DNA of 41,094 bases from Bacilli bacterium. Lineage in GTDB: Bacteria > Bacillota_I > Bacilli_A > ML615J-28 > CAG-698. Positions within the stretch are counted from its first letter, which is position 1. Each line of letters starts with the position of its first letter. Of this stretch, positions 9,246-18,428 are shown one piece after another. The notes under the pieces were generated by a model. That model made no database searches, was not told the origin of the DNA, and worked only from the letters and a program-made list of their open reading frames with translations. The position numbers were made by a program, and so were the translations under genes. The DNA lies in assembly GCA_028691715.1 (NCBI GenBank), contig JAQUYR010000003.1:1-41094 (forward strand), read 5' to 3'.

Positions 9246-9878
9246 ATGGAACGAACTGTTGCAAAGTGCTTATTAGAAATAAAAGCAATATTTTTTGGGT
9301 TTTCGACGGAATATATCTCTTCTAAAGGTGAAAGGTTGCCAGTTTATTGCAATAATCGAGTAATTCTTTCTTATCCAAGAGTTAGAAAAGTAATAACAAA
9401 ATGGTTGACCAATGTCATTAAAGAGACTTATCCGGATGCGGAGATGATAATCGGTACTTCAATTGCTGGAACATCATTTGCTGTTTTGATCAGTGATGCT
9501 TTAGGATTACCATCAGGATATGTTTTAGAAGCGAATGCTTCAAGTGCTTCTGAGGAGAGAATCAAAGAAGCTTTTAAGCCGGGGATTAAAATAGTTGTAA
9601 TAGATGATACAATATGTACAGGAGTAACTCTTGTCAGTGTTGTTGAGACCTTGAGAAGATTTGGTTGTAATGTCTTAGGTGGGGTTTCATTGTTTTCTTA
9701 TGAACTAGAAAAGACTGATAAAATGTTAGAGGATAAAGGAATAAAATACACAGCCTTGACTAATTTTGATACAGTCACATTAATTGGACAACAGACAGGG
9801 AAAATTAGTTATAATGAATATTTACAGGCTTTAAAGTTTAAAGAAGAACCGTTTACTGATAATTGGTATAAGAAATAA
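9246..9878 (+). CDS. Orotate phosphoribosyltransferase-like (Bacillus-type PyrE fold) protein with a divergent catalytic loop
   Basis: The second ATG is preferred because AAAGAGGA lies 5 nt upstream; the track start at 9240 overlaps that SD. PyrE-like features are the N-terminus (KCLLEIKAIFF, PVYCNNRVILSYPRVR), the PRPP motif (IVVIDDTICTG) and the C-terminus (NWYKK). The flexible loop reads YVLEANASSASEERIKEAF and lacks the usual Arg/Lys/His residues. Confidence 0.7.
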   Translation: MERTVAKCLLEIKAIFFGFSTEYISSKGERLPVYCNNRVILSYPRVRKVITKWLTNVIKETYPDAEMIIGTSIAGTSFAVLISDALGLPSGYVLEANASSASEERIKEAFKPGIKIVVIDDTICTGVTLVSVVETLRRFGCNVLGGVSLFSYELEKTDKMLEDKGIKYTALTNFDTVTLIGQQTGKISYNEYLQALKFKEEPFTDNWYKK

Positions 9879-9891
9879 GAAAAGGAATTGC

Positions 9892-10611
9892 ATGGAGACT
9901 CTAAAAATAGCTAAAGAAAAGGTAAAAATGATAGCCCATCGTGGAATTAGTGGGTTAGAAAAAGAAAATACAATGGCTGCTTTTATTGCAGCTGGAAATC
10001 GTAGTTATTATGGAACTGAATGCGATATCCACTTAACAAAAGATAATGTTTTTGTTGTCTGTCATGATAGTCACACGGGGAGAGTTTCTCCAATAAAAAA
10101 AATTATTAGTGAAACCACTTATGAAGAATTATCAAATATCTGTCTTTATGGATTTGAAAGTAAAACCACAAGATCATATTTACGTGTTCCAACACTGAAA
10201 GAATATTTGGAGACATCAAAAAAGTACGAGAAGCATTGTATTATTGAAATAAAATGTGATCTTGAAAAAAGGGATGTTGAGAAATTATTAAATGAGATTG
10301 ACGAGTTTGAGTATATTGATAATGTGACCTTCATTTCATTTAATCTTGAGAATTTGAAGAAAATTCGTCGAGTGAATAAAAAAATTCAACTACAATATTT
10401 AACATCAACATTTACCAAAGAATTACCAGAATTGTGTAAGAAAGAAAAGGTTGATATCGATATAAATTATCAGGAGTTGACACAAGAAGCGGTTAATGAC
10501 TTTCATAATTTAAATATTAAGGTCAATGCCTGGACGGTTAACAATCCTATTGAAGCCTTGATTTTGGTTTCATGGGATGTTGATTTTATCACAACCAATA
10601 TTCTTGAATAG
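9892..10611 (+). CDS. Glycerophosphodiester phosphodiesterase (GDPD family)
   Basis: IAHRGISGLEKENTMAAF and ECDIHLTKDNVFVVCHD match the GDPD active-site signature. 239 aa, with no signal peptide. Confidence 0.85.
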   Translation: METLKIAKEKVKMIAHRGISGLEKENTMAAFIAAGNRSYYGTECDIHLTKDNVFVVCHDSHTGRVSPIKKIISETTYEELSNICLYGFESKTTRSYLRVPTLKEYLETSKKYEKHCIIEIKCDLEKRDVEKLLNEIDEFEYIDNVTFISFNLENLKKIRRVNKKIQLQYLTSTFTKELPELCKKEKVDIDINYQELTQEAVNDFHNLNIKVNAWTVNNPIEALILVSWDVDFITTNILE

Positions 10612-10647
10612 GCTTTTGGAATAGGATTATTCCAGAAGCTTTTTTTA
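10612..10647 (+). terminator. Rho-independent terminator
   Basis: 12-bp stem GCTTTTGGAATA-GGAT-TATTCCAGAAGC (one wobble), followed by TTTTTTT. Confidence 0.75.
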
Positions 10648-10692
10648 TTTGATGGGCTAGTTATATAATGAAATAATATCTACGAAAAGCTT

Positions 10693-10721
10693 TTACAAGA
10701 TAAGTATGAATGTGATATAAT
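10693..10721 (+). promoter_or_regulatory. Sigma-A promoter for glyA with an extended -10
   Basis: TTACAA, 17 nt spacer ending in TGA, then TATAAT. The leader is too short for a riboswitch. Confidence 0.55.
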
Positions 10722-10741
10722 AACTAATCGAGGTGATATTT

Positions 10742-11980
10742 ATGAGTTTATACCAGAAGGATTATCAAGTATACAAAGCCATTAATCAGGAGCTTAAGAG
10801 ACAACAAGATAATATTGAGCTTATAGCTTCTGAAAATTTTGTTTCCAAGGAAGTAATGGAGGCACAAGGTTCAATAATGACGAATAAATATGCAGAGGGG
10901 TATCCTAGTGCTCGCTATTACAGTGGTTGCGAGAACGTTGATATTGTTGAAAGATTGGCAATTGAAAGACTTAAAAAGCTGTTTGGAGCAAAGTATGCCA
11001 ATGTTCAGCCTCATTCAGGGTCACAGGCTAATATGGGAGCATATCGGGCAATACTTAAGAGTAAAGATGTGGTTTTGGGAATGGCTCTTGATCAAGGTGG
11101 TCATTTAACCCATGGACATCCATTAAATTTTTCTGGAATTGATTATAAATTTATACCATATTATGTAAACAAAGAGACAGAAGAAATAGATTATGAAGAA
11201 TTAGAAAAAACAGCCATTCTAGAGAAGCCTGCTTTAATAGTTGCTGGAGCAAGTGCTTACTCAAGAAAAATAGATTTTAAGAGATTTAAAGAAATTTCTG
11301 ATCTTGTTGGAGCAAAGTTAATGGTAGACATGGCTCATATTGCCGGTCTTGTTGCTGCTGGGCTTCACCAAAATCCAGTATTATATGCTGATATTGTTAC
11401 AAGCACTACCCATAAGACACTAAGAGGCCCTCGTGGAGGAGTAATCCTGACAAACAATGAAGAAATAGCTAAAAAAATAGACAAGACTATTTTCCCAGGA
11501 ATTCAGGGAGGACCATTGATGCATGTTATAGCTGCCAAGGCTGTGGCTTTTAAAGAAGCCTTAAGAGAGGATTTTATTACCTATCAAAAACAAGTAATTG
11601 CTAATGCTAAAACCTTAGCCGATGAGCTGATGAAAAGGGGACTAATATTAGTTGCGAAGGGAACTGATAACCATTTGTTGATTGTAAACACTAAAAAATC
11701 TTTTGGTATGACTGGTAAAAAAGCGGCTAATATTTTAGATAGTGTCGGAATAACCTGCAACAAAAACACTGTTCCTTATGATACTGAAAAACCAATGGTT
11801 ACTAGTGGTATCAGGATTGGAACTGCAGCTGTAACAACTAGAGGATTTAAGGAAAAGGAAATGTCTAAAGTAGCTGAGTTAATTGATAGGGCTTTAAGAA
11901 ACTATGATAACTCAGAAGAACTAGAAGTGATTAAAAGGGAAGTTAGAGAACTGACCACAGCCTTTCCTCTTTACAAATAG
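10742..11980 (+). CDS. glyA: Serine hydroxymethyltransferase
   Basis: ATG at 10742 is preceded by GAGGTGA; the track start at 10733 is a GTG lying inside that SD. Diagnostic SHMT motifs: [18 protein letters not shown], and [14 protein letters not shown] with the PLP lysine. Confidence 0.95.
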   Translation: MSLYQKDYQVYKAINQELKRQQDNIELIASENFVSKEVMEAQGSIMTNKYAEGYPSARYYSGCENVDIVERLAIERLKKLFGAKYANVQPHSGSQANMGAYRAILKSKDVVLGMALDQGGHLTHGHPLNFSGIDYKFIPYYVNKETEEIDYEELEKTAILEKPALIVAGASAYSRKIDFKRFKEISDLVGAKLMVDMAHIAGLVAAGLHQNPVLYADIVTSTTHKTLRGPRGGVILTNNEEIAKKIDKTIFPGIQGGPLMHVIAAKAVAFKEALREDFITYQKQVIANAKTLADELMKRGLILVAKGTDNHLLIVNTKKSFGMTGKKAANILDSVGITCNKNTVPYDTEKPMVTSGIRIGTAAVTTRGFKEKEMSKVAELIDRALRNYDNSEELEVIKREVRELTTAFPLYK

Positions 11981-12113
11981 GGATTTTGGCAATCTTTAAA
12001 AATAATTCTTTATTTTATTGGTAAATTATGGTAGTATAAAGAAAAGAATTGGGTGAGGGAAACTTTATTGTTGGACACACTCTTCATCTTTATGAAGAAC
12101 AATGGAGGAGAAT

Positions 12114-13238
12114 ATGAGATATAGAATTGAGAAGGATTCTCTTGGCGAAAAAATAATTCCAGCTGAATCTTATTTTGGAATTCAAACACTGCGTTCAAAA
12201 GAACTGTTCCAAATTACTAAACATGGGCAATGTCGTCAGAACATTAAAGCATTCGCTCATGTTAAAAAAGCATCAGCAAAAACGAACTATGAGTTTGATT
12301 TTATTTCAAAAGAAAAAGCTGAAGCTATCAGTTTAAGCGCTGATGAAATATTAAATGGACGATTACATGGCCAATTCATAACCGATTCAATACAGGATGG
12401 TTATGGAATGGGAATGAATATGAACGCCTGTGAAGTAATTGCTAATCGTGCTAATGAAATGATGGGCGGTGAAAAAGGTCGCTATGATAGAGTTGACCCC
12501 AATAAAGATGTCAATCTTAATCAGGATAATGAAGAAGTTGTTGTTTTGACAGGGAAAATAACCACCATTAGGTTGGTCAAAAAATTACTGACCGAAGGCA
12601 AAAAATTATCAAATGCCTATTATGAAAAGATTGAGCAATTAGAATTAAAAAAAGATGATGAAAAATCTTTAGGATATCAACTAGCTTCCTTTGCTAGCCT
12701 GTTGGACAAGGATTTAAAGCGTTTGGATAAAGCTCTTGATTCTATGCTAGAGATTCATTTTGGGGCAGCATTAGACATTAGTGATGAGCATCGTCGTGAG
12801 GAGTATCTCAAAAAATTTGTCAAGAATTTGAGTTTATCAAACAGCGAAAGTTATTTCTACGCAAAGAATCAATATGATTCTAGCAGAAGTTTGAACTGCT
12901 TTATGATGGTTTCTTCAATTTTAAAAAATCTAATCATTAATTTTTCGAAGGCAGCCAGTGATTTAAAAGCCATGTCCAATAGAGGAGAAATTAAGATACC
13001 TCAGGTTCAGGACTTCTTAACATTTCAGGATGTCAATGTTGTTTTAGATATGGTTAGGCAAATATCTTTTTACATAATGGGTAATGATTTGACCATTTCT
13101 CGCGCTGTTGAAGAGGGAGAACTAGAAATAAATGTCTTCAAGCCGATGATATTTGCTTGTCTATTTGAAAGTACAAATTTAATCAGAAGAACAATCAGAA
13201 CGGTTAGAGAAAAAGTTGTAGAACCAATGACCTTATAA
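12114..13238 (+). CDS. Aspartase/fumarase-superfamily (Lyase_1 fold) protein, truncated and with degenerate catalytic signatures
   Basis: ATG at 12114 follows GGAGGAG; the alternative start is 12102. The N-terminus RIEKDSLGEKIIPAESYFGIQTLRS closely resembles aspartate ammonia-lyase, and MGNDLTISRAVEEGELEINVFKPMI matches the post-SS-loop helix. The conserved regions C1, C2 and C3 are all altered (see findings). At 374 aa the protein is about 100 aa shorter than typical family members. Confidence 0.75.
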   Translation: MRYRIEKDSLGEKIIPAESYFGIQTLRSKELFQITKHGQCRQNIKAFAHVKKASAKTNYEFDFISKEKAEAISLSADEILNGRLHGQFITDSIQDGYGMGMNMNACEVIANRANEMMGGEKGRYDRVDPNKDVNLNQDNEEVVVLTGKITTIRLVKKLLTEGKKLSNAYYEKIEQLELKKDDEKSLGYQLASFASLLDKDLKRLDKALDSMLEIHFGAALDISDEHRREEYLKKFVKNLSLSNSESYFYAKNQYDSSRSLNCFMMVSSILKNLIINFSKAASDLKAMSNRGEIKIPQVQDFLTFQDVNVVLDMVRQISFYIMGNDLTISRAVEEGELEINVFKPMIFACLFESTNLIRRTIRTVREKVVEPMTL

Positions 13239-13312
13239 AACATCTTTTGGTTATTAGGATTAACGTTTAAAATAATTAATTTCAGGAATAAACTTTGTAA
13301 ATCTAAGTAGAG

Positions 13313-13346
13313 TAAAAAAAGGCCTTATGACAAGGCCTTCTTTTTA
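13313..13346. terminator. Bidirectional terminator between convergent genes
   Basis: AAAAAAA-GGCCTTATGACAAGGCC-TTCTTTTT, a hairpin flanked by an A-run and a T-run. Confidence 0.7.
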
Positions 13347-13384
13347 TATCAATAAAAGATTATATTTAATTTTTAAAAGTAATT

Positions 13385-14182
13385 TTATAAAACAAATTTG
13401 AACATTACTAAAGCTTCTTTATAATTTTGAGTTTGGTAAGCAATTCTATCACTACCGATAAGTTTACATCCAGGGAAGAATGAATTTCGGTAGGCATCTG
13501 TTTGTTTCTTATATTGAACTTCGATATCAAAATTACTAGGTAAATAAACTAGGTTATTTTTTAAATCTCTAGTAAGGGATTTATAGACTCCTTCTTCAAT
13601 TTCACGACAAGTTATATTTGGATGTTTAGAAATAACAGCATTGAATCGTCCCTCTTTACTGGCAACTGTTTCAATATTTGGATTTATTTCCTTAACCAGA
13701 TTTGTTAAATTGGCATCTCCACTTAAGAAAGCAACAGGAACTTTTAAGGTAGAGGCATAGTAAGAATTGATAGTAAATTCACTAGCAATTATGCCATTTA
13801 TTTTGATATGATGAATATGGGTATTCATCGTGTGCGATAGAGGGTTTCCACTAGAACGAGAAGGGCTATGATAACCGATAAAAATAACGGCATCAAAAGT
13901 ATTATCCAGTCCTGCCATCATACTGCAAGGAATTCCTTCCCAACCACGATGAAGTTTAACCTCTTCAGGTAAATCTAATATATCCAGATTTCTAGCACTA
14001 TCGTGGGCATCTTTAATTACAATTTCTGTAGCTCCAGCTTTGATTGCTCCAGCGCATGCGGCTTTTACCTCTCGCTGTAATTCTGATTGAAATTCTTTAT
14101 ATTTTGGACTTGAAGAATCGGTTTCTTCCCAATTACAAATTCCATTTACTCCTTCAATATCAACACTCATATAAACTTTCAT
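13385..14182 (-). CDS. dppA: D-aminopeptidase, peptidase family M55 (DppA-like)
   Basis: Start moved to the second ATG (MKVYMSVDIEGVNGI), which follows AGGAGGAG. The family-typical N-terminus and conserved His/Asp-rich blocks (IGYHSP, HTMN) are present. 265 aa. Confidence 0.8.
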   Translation of the reverse strand: MKVYMSVDIEGVNGICNWEETDSSSPKYKEFQSELQREVKAACAGAIKAGATEIVIKDAHDSARNLDILDLPEEVKLHRGWEGIPCSMMAGLDNTFDAVIFIGYHSPSRSSGNPLSHTMNTHIHHIKINGIIASEFTINSYYASTLKVPVAFLSGDANLTNLVKEINPNIETVASKEGRFNAVISKHPNITCREIEEGVYKSLTRDLKNNLVYLPSNFDIEVQYKKQTDAYRNSFFPGCKLIGSDRIAYQTQNYKEALVMFKFVL

Positions 14183-14302
14183 TTTCTCAACTCCTCCTGA
14201 CATTTACTATTTAATTATACATTAAAATTCGGATAAATAAAATAAATATTTTATTTATTAAGGAAATTATGGTATAATATAATTACATTTTGGAGGTAAA
14301 TA

Positions 14303-15016
14303 ATGGAAAAAATTAAATTGCGTACTAAGTTTGATTATAGGACTATGAAATATTGTAATATGTATTTATTAACATATAAGAGAAAAAGCTATATAATGTA
14401 TATCTTTTTAATTCTTTTAGCTCTTGGAGCAAGTGTGTATTTTGCTTTTTTTAATAATCCAGCAAACTATTTGATGGCGGGATTGTTTGTTTTGGTGAGT
14501 GTTTATGTTGGTTATCAAGCTTTGTCAGTTGAAAAGGCTTTGGATAAACATCTTGTCAGCTTCTTTTATAATAGACCTATTGTTGAACAAATTATTGAGA
14601 TAGATGAAGATAAGATAACAATTACTGCTTCTTCACGTCCAAACGAACCACAGGTATATGATTGGAGTTTTGTCAGCGAAATTCATGAAATTCCTCAATA
14701 CTATATGTTGTTTGTTGGAAAGAACACGCCTGTGATTATTGATAGAAGCATAGATGCTTTAATAGAAGGTTCTTTTGAAGATTTGGCTCGTCTTATCAAG
14801 GAAAAGGCTGAGACAAAACCATATAAGGTTGTTGATAAGAATATTATTAAAAAGCCAATAACTTATGTTCACAAATATATTGAACCAAAACAAAACATTG
14901 ATGAAGCAGAAGTATTCACTGATGAAGCAATTGATGATGAAACTAAAGAGGATGCTGAAGTTGTTGAAGTAGTCGAAGAAGAAATCGTTGAGGAAGAAAA
15001 AAACGAAGAGAAATGA
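14303..15016 (+). CDS. YcxB-like membrane protein with a polyacidic C-terminal tail
   Basis: GGAGG SD. Two TM helices are followed by a soluble domain (pattern ...IEIDEDKITI...YDWSFVSEIHEIPQYYMLFVGKNTPVIIDR). The tail reads DEAEVFTDEAIDDETKEDAEVVEVVEEEIVEEEKNEEK. Confidence 0.6.
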   Translation: MEKIKLRTKFDYRTMKYCNMYLLTYKRKSYIMYIFLILLALGASVYFAFFNNPANYLMAGLFVLVSVYVGYQALSVEKALDKHLVSFFYNRPIVEQIIEIDEDKITITASSRPNEPQVYDWSFVSEIHEIPQYYMLFVGKNTPVIIDRSIDALIEGSFEDLARLIKEKAETKPYKVVDKNIIKKPITYVHKYIEPKQNIDEAEVFTDEAIDDETKEDAEVVEVVEEEIVEEEKNEEK

Positions 15017-15534
15017 AAATAAAAATAAGTGCTAATTTTTCAGAACCAAGGGCAAAAACATTTTTTAGGTTCCATCTTTTAAGAAGAGCGAAAATAAGAT
15101 ATGGTTATTATGCTGTTTCGTTGTTTCTTATATTGATTAGTACTTTTTGTATGTTTATTCTAAATGAAGACATTATCGCTACTATTATTTTTGCAGCGGG
15201 GATTGCTGTTCTAATCATCTGGCCGATACAAGTCCAAGCAATGGTGAAAAAGATAATCGCTAGTAATCAAATAAGTGGAGCAAAGTATATCATCACTTTC
15301 GATGATGATAAATTAACCTATGATTTAGAGGGTAATATCCGTGAATATCAATGGAAAGACATTGATAGTGTTTGTGAGACAGATGATTGTTTATATGTTT
15401 ATACAGATCCTAATAGGGCTGTAATCATTCCCAAATTTGCTATGTTAAAGGATTCTAGAGAAGAATTAATTTCTTTTTTAAAGAGTAATGTTATATATAG
15501 AAAATATCGCTTTAAGCAGAAAGTAGAAGATTAG
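15013..15534 (+). CDS. YcxB-like membrane protein (tandem paralogue)
   Basis: ATGA overlap with the preceding gene. Same architecture: two TM helices, then ...ITFDDDKLTY...YQWKDIDSVCETDDCLYVYTDPNRAVIIPK. Confidence 0.6.
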   Translation: MKIKISANFSEPRAKTFFRFHLLRRAKIRYGYYAVSLFLILISTFCMFILNEDIIATIIFAAGIAVLIIWPIQVQAMVKKIIASNQISGAKYIITFDDDKLTYDLEGNIREYQWKDIDSVCETDDCLYVYTDPNRAVIIPKFAMLKDSREELISFLKSNVIYRKYRFKQKVED

Positions 15535-15537
15535 ATC

Positions 15538-15753
15538 ATGAAAAAAATTCTCATTTTTTTAGGGATATTATTAATATTGCTACTAGGGTTTACGACATTA
15601 GATGGTATTGCTTTAGTTATATTCCTATTAGTAATTTTTCCTTTGGTCTTTTTCTATTTACCAGTTATACTACGAATAGAGAAAAAAGAAGAATTGACTG
15701 ATGAAGCTAAAAAAGAAAGAGATAGGAATGATCGCTTTTCAAGGTGGGAGTGA
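15538..15753 (+). CDS. Small two-TM membrane protein (hypothetical)
   Basis: 71-aa ORF starting 3 nt after the previous stop. Two hydrophobic helices and a charged tail. The SD is weak. Confidence 0.45.
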   Translation: MKKILIFLGILLILLLGFTTLDGIALVIFLLVIFPLVFFYLPVILRIEKKEELTDEAKKERDRNDRFSRWE

Positions 15754-15754
15754 T

Positions 15755-16441
15755 ATGGTTGATAACTTCCCAATATTGTATGAAGATAACCACATTATTG
15801 TCGTTGTAAAGCCAGAAAATGTTTTATCGCAGGAAGACATTACCGAAGATGATGATATGCTTAGTATTGTTAAAAAATACTTGAAAGAGAAATATCAGAA
15901 ACCAGGGAATGTTTATCTAGGACTCGTCCATCGCTTAGACCGAAGGGTTGGAGGGGTCATGATTTTTGCAAAAACATCAAAAGCTGCTAGTCGTTTGAGT
16001 GAGGATATCAGGAATCATAATTTTCATAAAGAATATTATGCAATAGTAAAGGGTAAAATAGATAAATCAGGATCTTTAACTGATTATGTCATTAAAGAAG
16101 AATCTGAAAAAAACCATAAGGCAATGATTGTAAATAAAGATACAACGAATGCTAAAAGAGCAATTTTAGATTATCAATTTATTAAAGGCTTTAAAATCAA
16201 AGATATTGATTTCACTTTAATAAAAATTAATCTCATAACAGGAAGGTATAATCAAATTCGTTTACAGTTATCAAATTTCGGTTATCCAATAGTTGATGAT
16301 TATAAATACGGTTATACTGGTGAAAACTTTAATGATATGTTAGGACTTTGGTGTTACAAAATAAGATTTAATCATCCTGTATTAAAGAGAGAAATGGAAT
16401 TTTCTTATATAATAAAGGATGGGATTTGGAGTTTTATATGA
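15755..16441 (+). CDS. RluA-family pseudouridine synthase (no S4 domain)
   Basis: ATG at 15755 follows GGTGGGAG and lies 1 nt after the upstream stop. Catalytic motif GLVHRLDRRVGGVMIFAKT, plus RYNQIRLQL. 228 aa. Confidence 0.85.
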   Translation: MVDNFPILYEDNHIIVVVKPENVLSQEDITEDDDMLSIVKKYLKEKYQKPGNVYLGLVHRLDRRVGGVMIFAKTSKAASRLSEDIRNHNFHKEYYAIVKGKIDKSGSLTDYVIKEESEKNHKAMIVNKDTTNAKRAILDYQFIKGFKIKDIDFTLIKINLITGRYNQIRLQLSNFGYPIVDDYKYGYTGENFNDMLGLWCYKIRFNHPVLKREMEFSYIIKDGIWSFI

Positions 16442-18399
16442 AATCAAGAAGAAAATTTTTAGGATTAGCCACTTTTATTATTATTATTTGTTTTATCTTA
16501 CTATATAGTGTCATCAGTAATTCTTCAATAAAAATTGAAGCATATGATGCCATTATCGATGTTGATGAATCAGGAAATATGACAGTTGTTGAAACATGGA
16601 CAATTGATTATCCAACGGGATATAATGTTCGTTTCCGTGATTTGAAATTTTCAAAAGATCACTTAAACAATCCTCTTCTTGAGGGATTGGATTATTCTGA
16701 TGATAAGGCCTCTCTTGAATTAAATACTGTTGGTGTTCGTGTGTCCTATATTGACGGAGATGATGTTGTTGATGTCACTGATGATATTGAAATAGGCTAT
16801 TCCTTTAATGGCGATAATGATGAATTAGGGGAACCAATTGAGTGTTATCCAGATACTTATGAATGTGAATCAGTCTTTGTCAATTTAACCGCTATTGGTG
16901 GTATGAAAGAAAAGATGGTTTTTGAATATACTTATACTATAAATGGAGCAGTTACAGCTTACGATGATATTGCTGAACTGAATTGGGTATTATTTAAAGA
17001 TGTAGAAGCAAAGGTAAAGGAAGCAAATGTAAAAATAAACCTTTATACTAATAGCGATTTAGATTCTTTAAGGGTATGGGGACACGGATTGTCTAATGGA
17101 AACATTGATATAACATCGGTAAAAGAGATAAACATCGGAGCTAGAAATATCTCGACTGATGAAGAATTAGAACTAAGAATATTGATGAATAAGATGGCAG
17201 TAGCTAATATTTCTTCAAACAACACTATTGCTGGTGCTATGGAAGATAAGATTATATCCTATGAAGAAAATTTAGCCAGAGAAACAAATAGAGCTAATAT
17301 TATTGCAAAGATGATAAACTTGTTGACTTTGTTATTACTTTTACTGATGATATACATAATTTTAAAAGTATATAAAAAGTATGATAAAGAATACACACCA
17401 GAATTTTCGGGAATATATTATCGCGAATTACCATATGATTATAGTCCAGCTGAGATGAGTTATCTATATTATTTTGGAAAGACAAATGATGAGGATGCTA
17501 CAGCCACACTTCTAGACTTAGTCAGAAGAAAATATTTGAAAATAGAAGTAGTTCCTTCTAGTGAAAAGAGGAAAGAGGCTAATATGCAGATTTCCTTGGA
17601 AACAGGTCAAGACTTTTCAACGCTTTTACCACATGAAGCTCATATAATTAACTGGTTCATTAAGACTATTGGTGATGGCGAGAAGGTAACTATAGAACAA
17701 ATAGAAAAATATGGTAAGAAGAGCTATAGTGAGGCTAATGTTTTTGCTAAGCAGGGAGAGGCTTTCAAACAAAAAGTCAAAATAGCTGGTTCAAAACATG
17801 ACTTTTTTGAAAATGCTGCTGAAAGAGCCAAGGATAAGGCTCAGGGATATGCCTTTATTCCAATCGCTTTTGCTATTATTTGTTGGCTGATAGTTCCAAT
17901 GTTCAATGTTGATGCTACTGTTAATGGAATAATTTCTCTAGTAATCGGTATTTCTTACATGGTATATTTATGGTCAATTAAGAGAAGAAGTAAAAATGGA
18001 AATGAAGAGTTTGCAAAATGGAAAGCTTTTAAAAGATTTTTAGAGGAATTCAGTTCGATGAAGGATTATCCTATTCCGAGTATTATTGTTTGGGAGCATT
18101 ATTTAGTCTATGCAACATCTTTAAGGATTGCTGATAAAGTAATGGATCAACTGCGCATAAAATTGCCAGATATCAATACTGAAGAAAGTGGAGCAACATT
18201 TTTATCGCAAAGATACTATGTTCCTGGATTCTACTATGGATATATGTTTGGTAGAATATCAACTTCAGTATCAGTAGCAAGAAACAACTCAATAAGTACG
18301 ATTTCTAATCATAACATGGCAGGTGCTTCTGGTAGAGGAGGAGGCTTTAGTGGTGGCTCATCCTTTGGTGGTGGCGGCGGCGGAGCAAGAAGTCGTTAA
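16438..18399 (+). CDS. DUF2207-family membrane protein with a Gly-rich C-terminal tail
   Basis: ATGA overlap with the rluA-family gene. It has an N-terminal TM helix, a large extracytoplasmic domain, then further TM helices, and ends GRGGGFSGGSSFGGGGGGARSR, which is characteristic of DUF2207 proteins. Confidence 0.8.
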   Translation: MKSRRKFLGLATFIIIICFILLYSVISNSSIKIEAYDAIIDVDESGNMTVVETWTIDYPTGYNVRFRDLKFSKDHLNNPLLEGLDYSDDKASLELNTVGVRVSYIDGDDVVDVTDDIEIGYSFNGDNDELGEPIECYPDTYECESVFVNLTAIGGMKEKMVFEYTYTINGAVTAYDDIAELNWVLFKDVEAKVKEANVKINLYTNSDLDSLRVWGHGLSNGNIDITSVKEINIGARNISTDEELELRILMNKMAVANISSNNTIAGAMEDKIISYEENLARETNRANIIAKMINLLTLLLLLLMIYIILKVYKKYDKEYTPEFSGIYYRELPYDYSPAEMSYLYYFGKTNDEDATATLLDLVRRKYLKIEVVPSSEKRKEANMQISLETGQDFSTLLPHEAHIINWFIKTIGDGEKVTIEQIEKYGKKSYSEANVFAKQGEAFKQKVKIAGSKHDFFENAAERAKDKAQGYAFIPIAFAIICWLIVPMFNVDATVNGIISLVIGISYMVYLWSIKRRSKNGNEEFAKWKAFKRFLEEFSSMKDYPIPSIIVWEHYLVYATSLRIADKVMDQLRIKLPDINTEESGATFLSQRYYVPGFYYGYMFGRISTSVSVARNNSISTISNHNMAGASGRGGGFSGGSSFGGGGGGARSR

Positions 18400-18428
18400 A
18401 TATAAAATATGAAAATGGAGGAATAAGT

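Noticed and set aside
12081-12098. 7-bp hairpin TCTTCAT-CTTT-ATGAAGA just upstream of the SD of the aspartase-like gene.
   Set aside because: It is short, AT-rich and has no T-run. I could not connect it to any known element.
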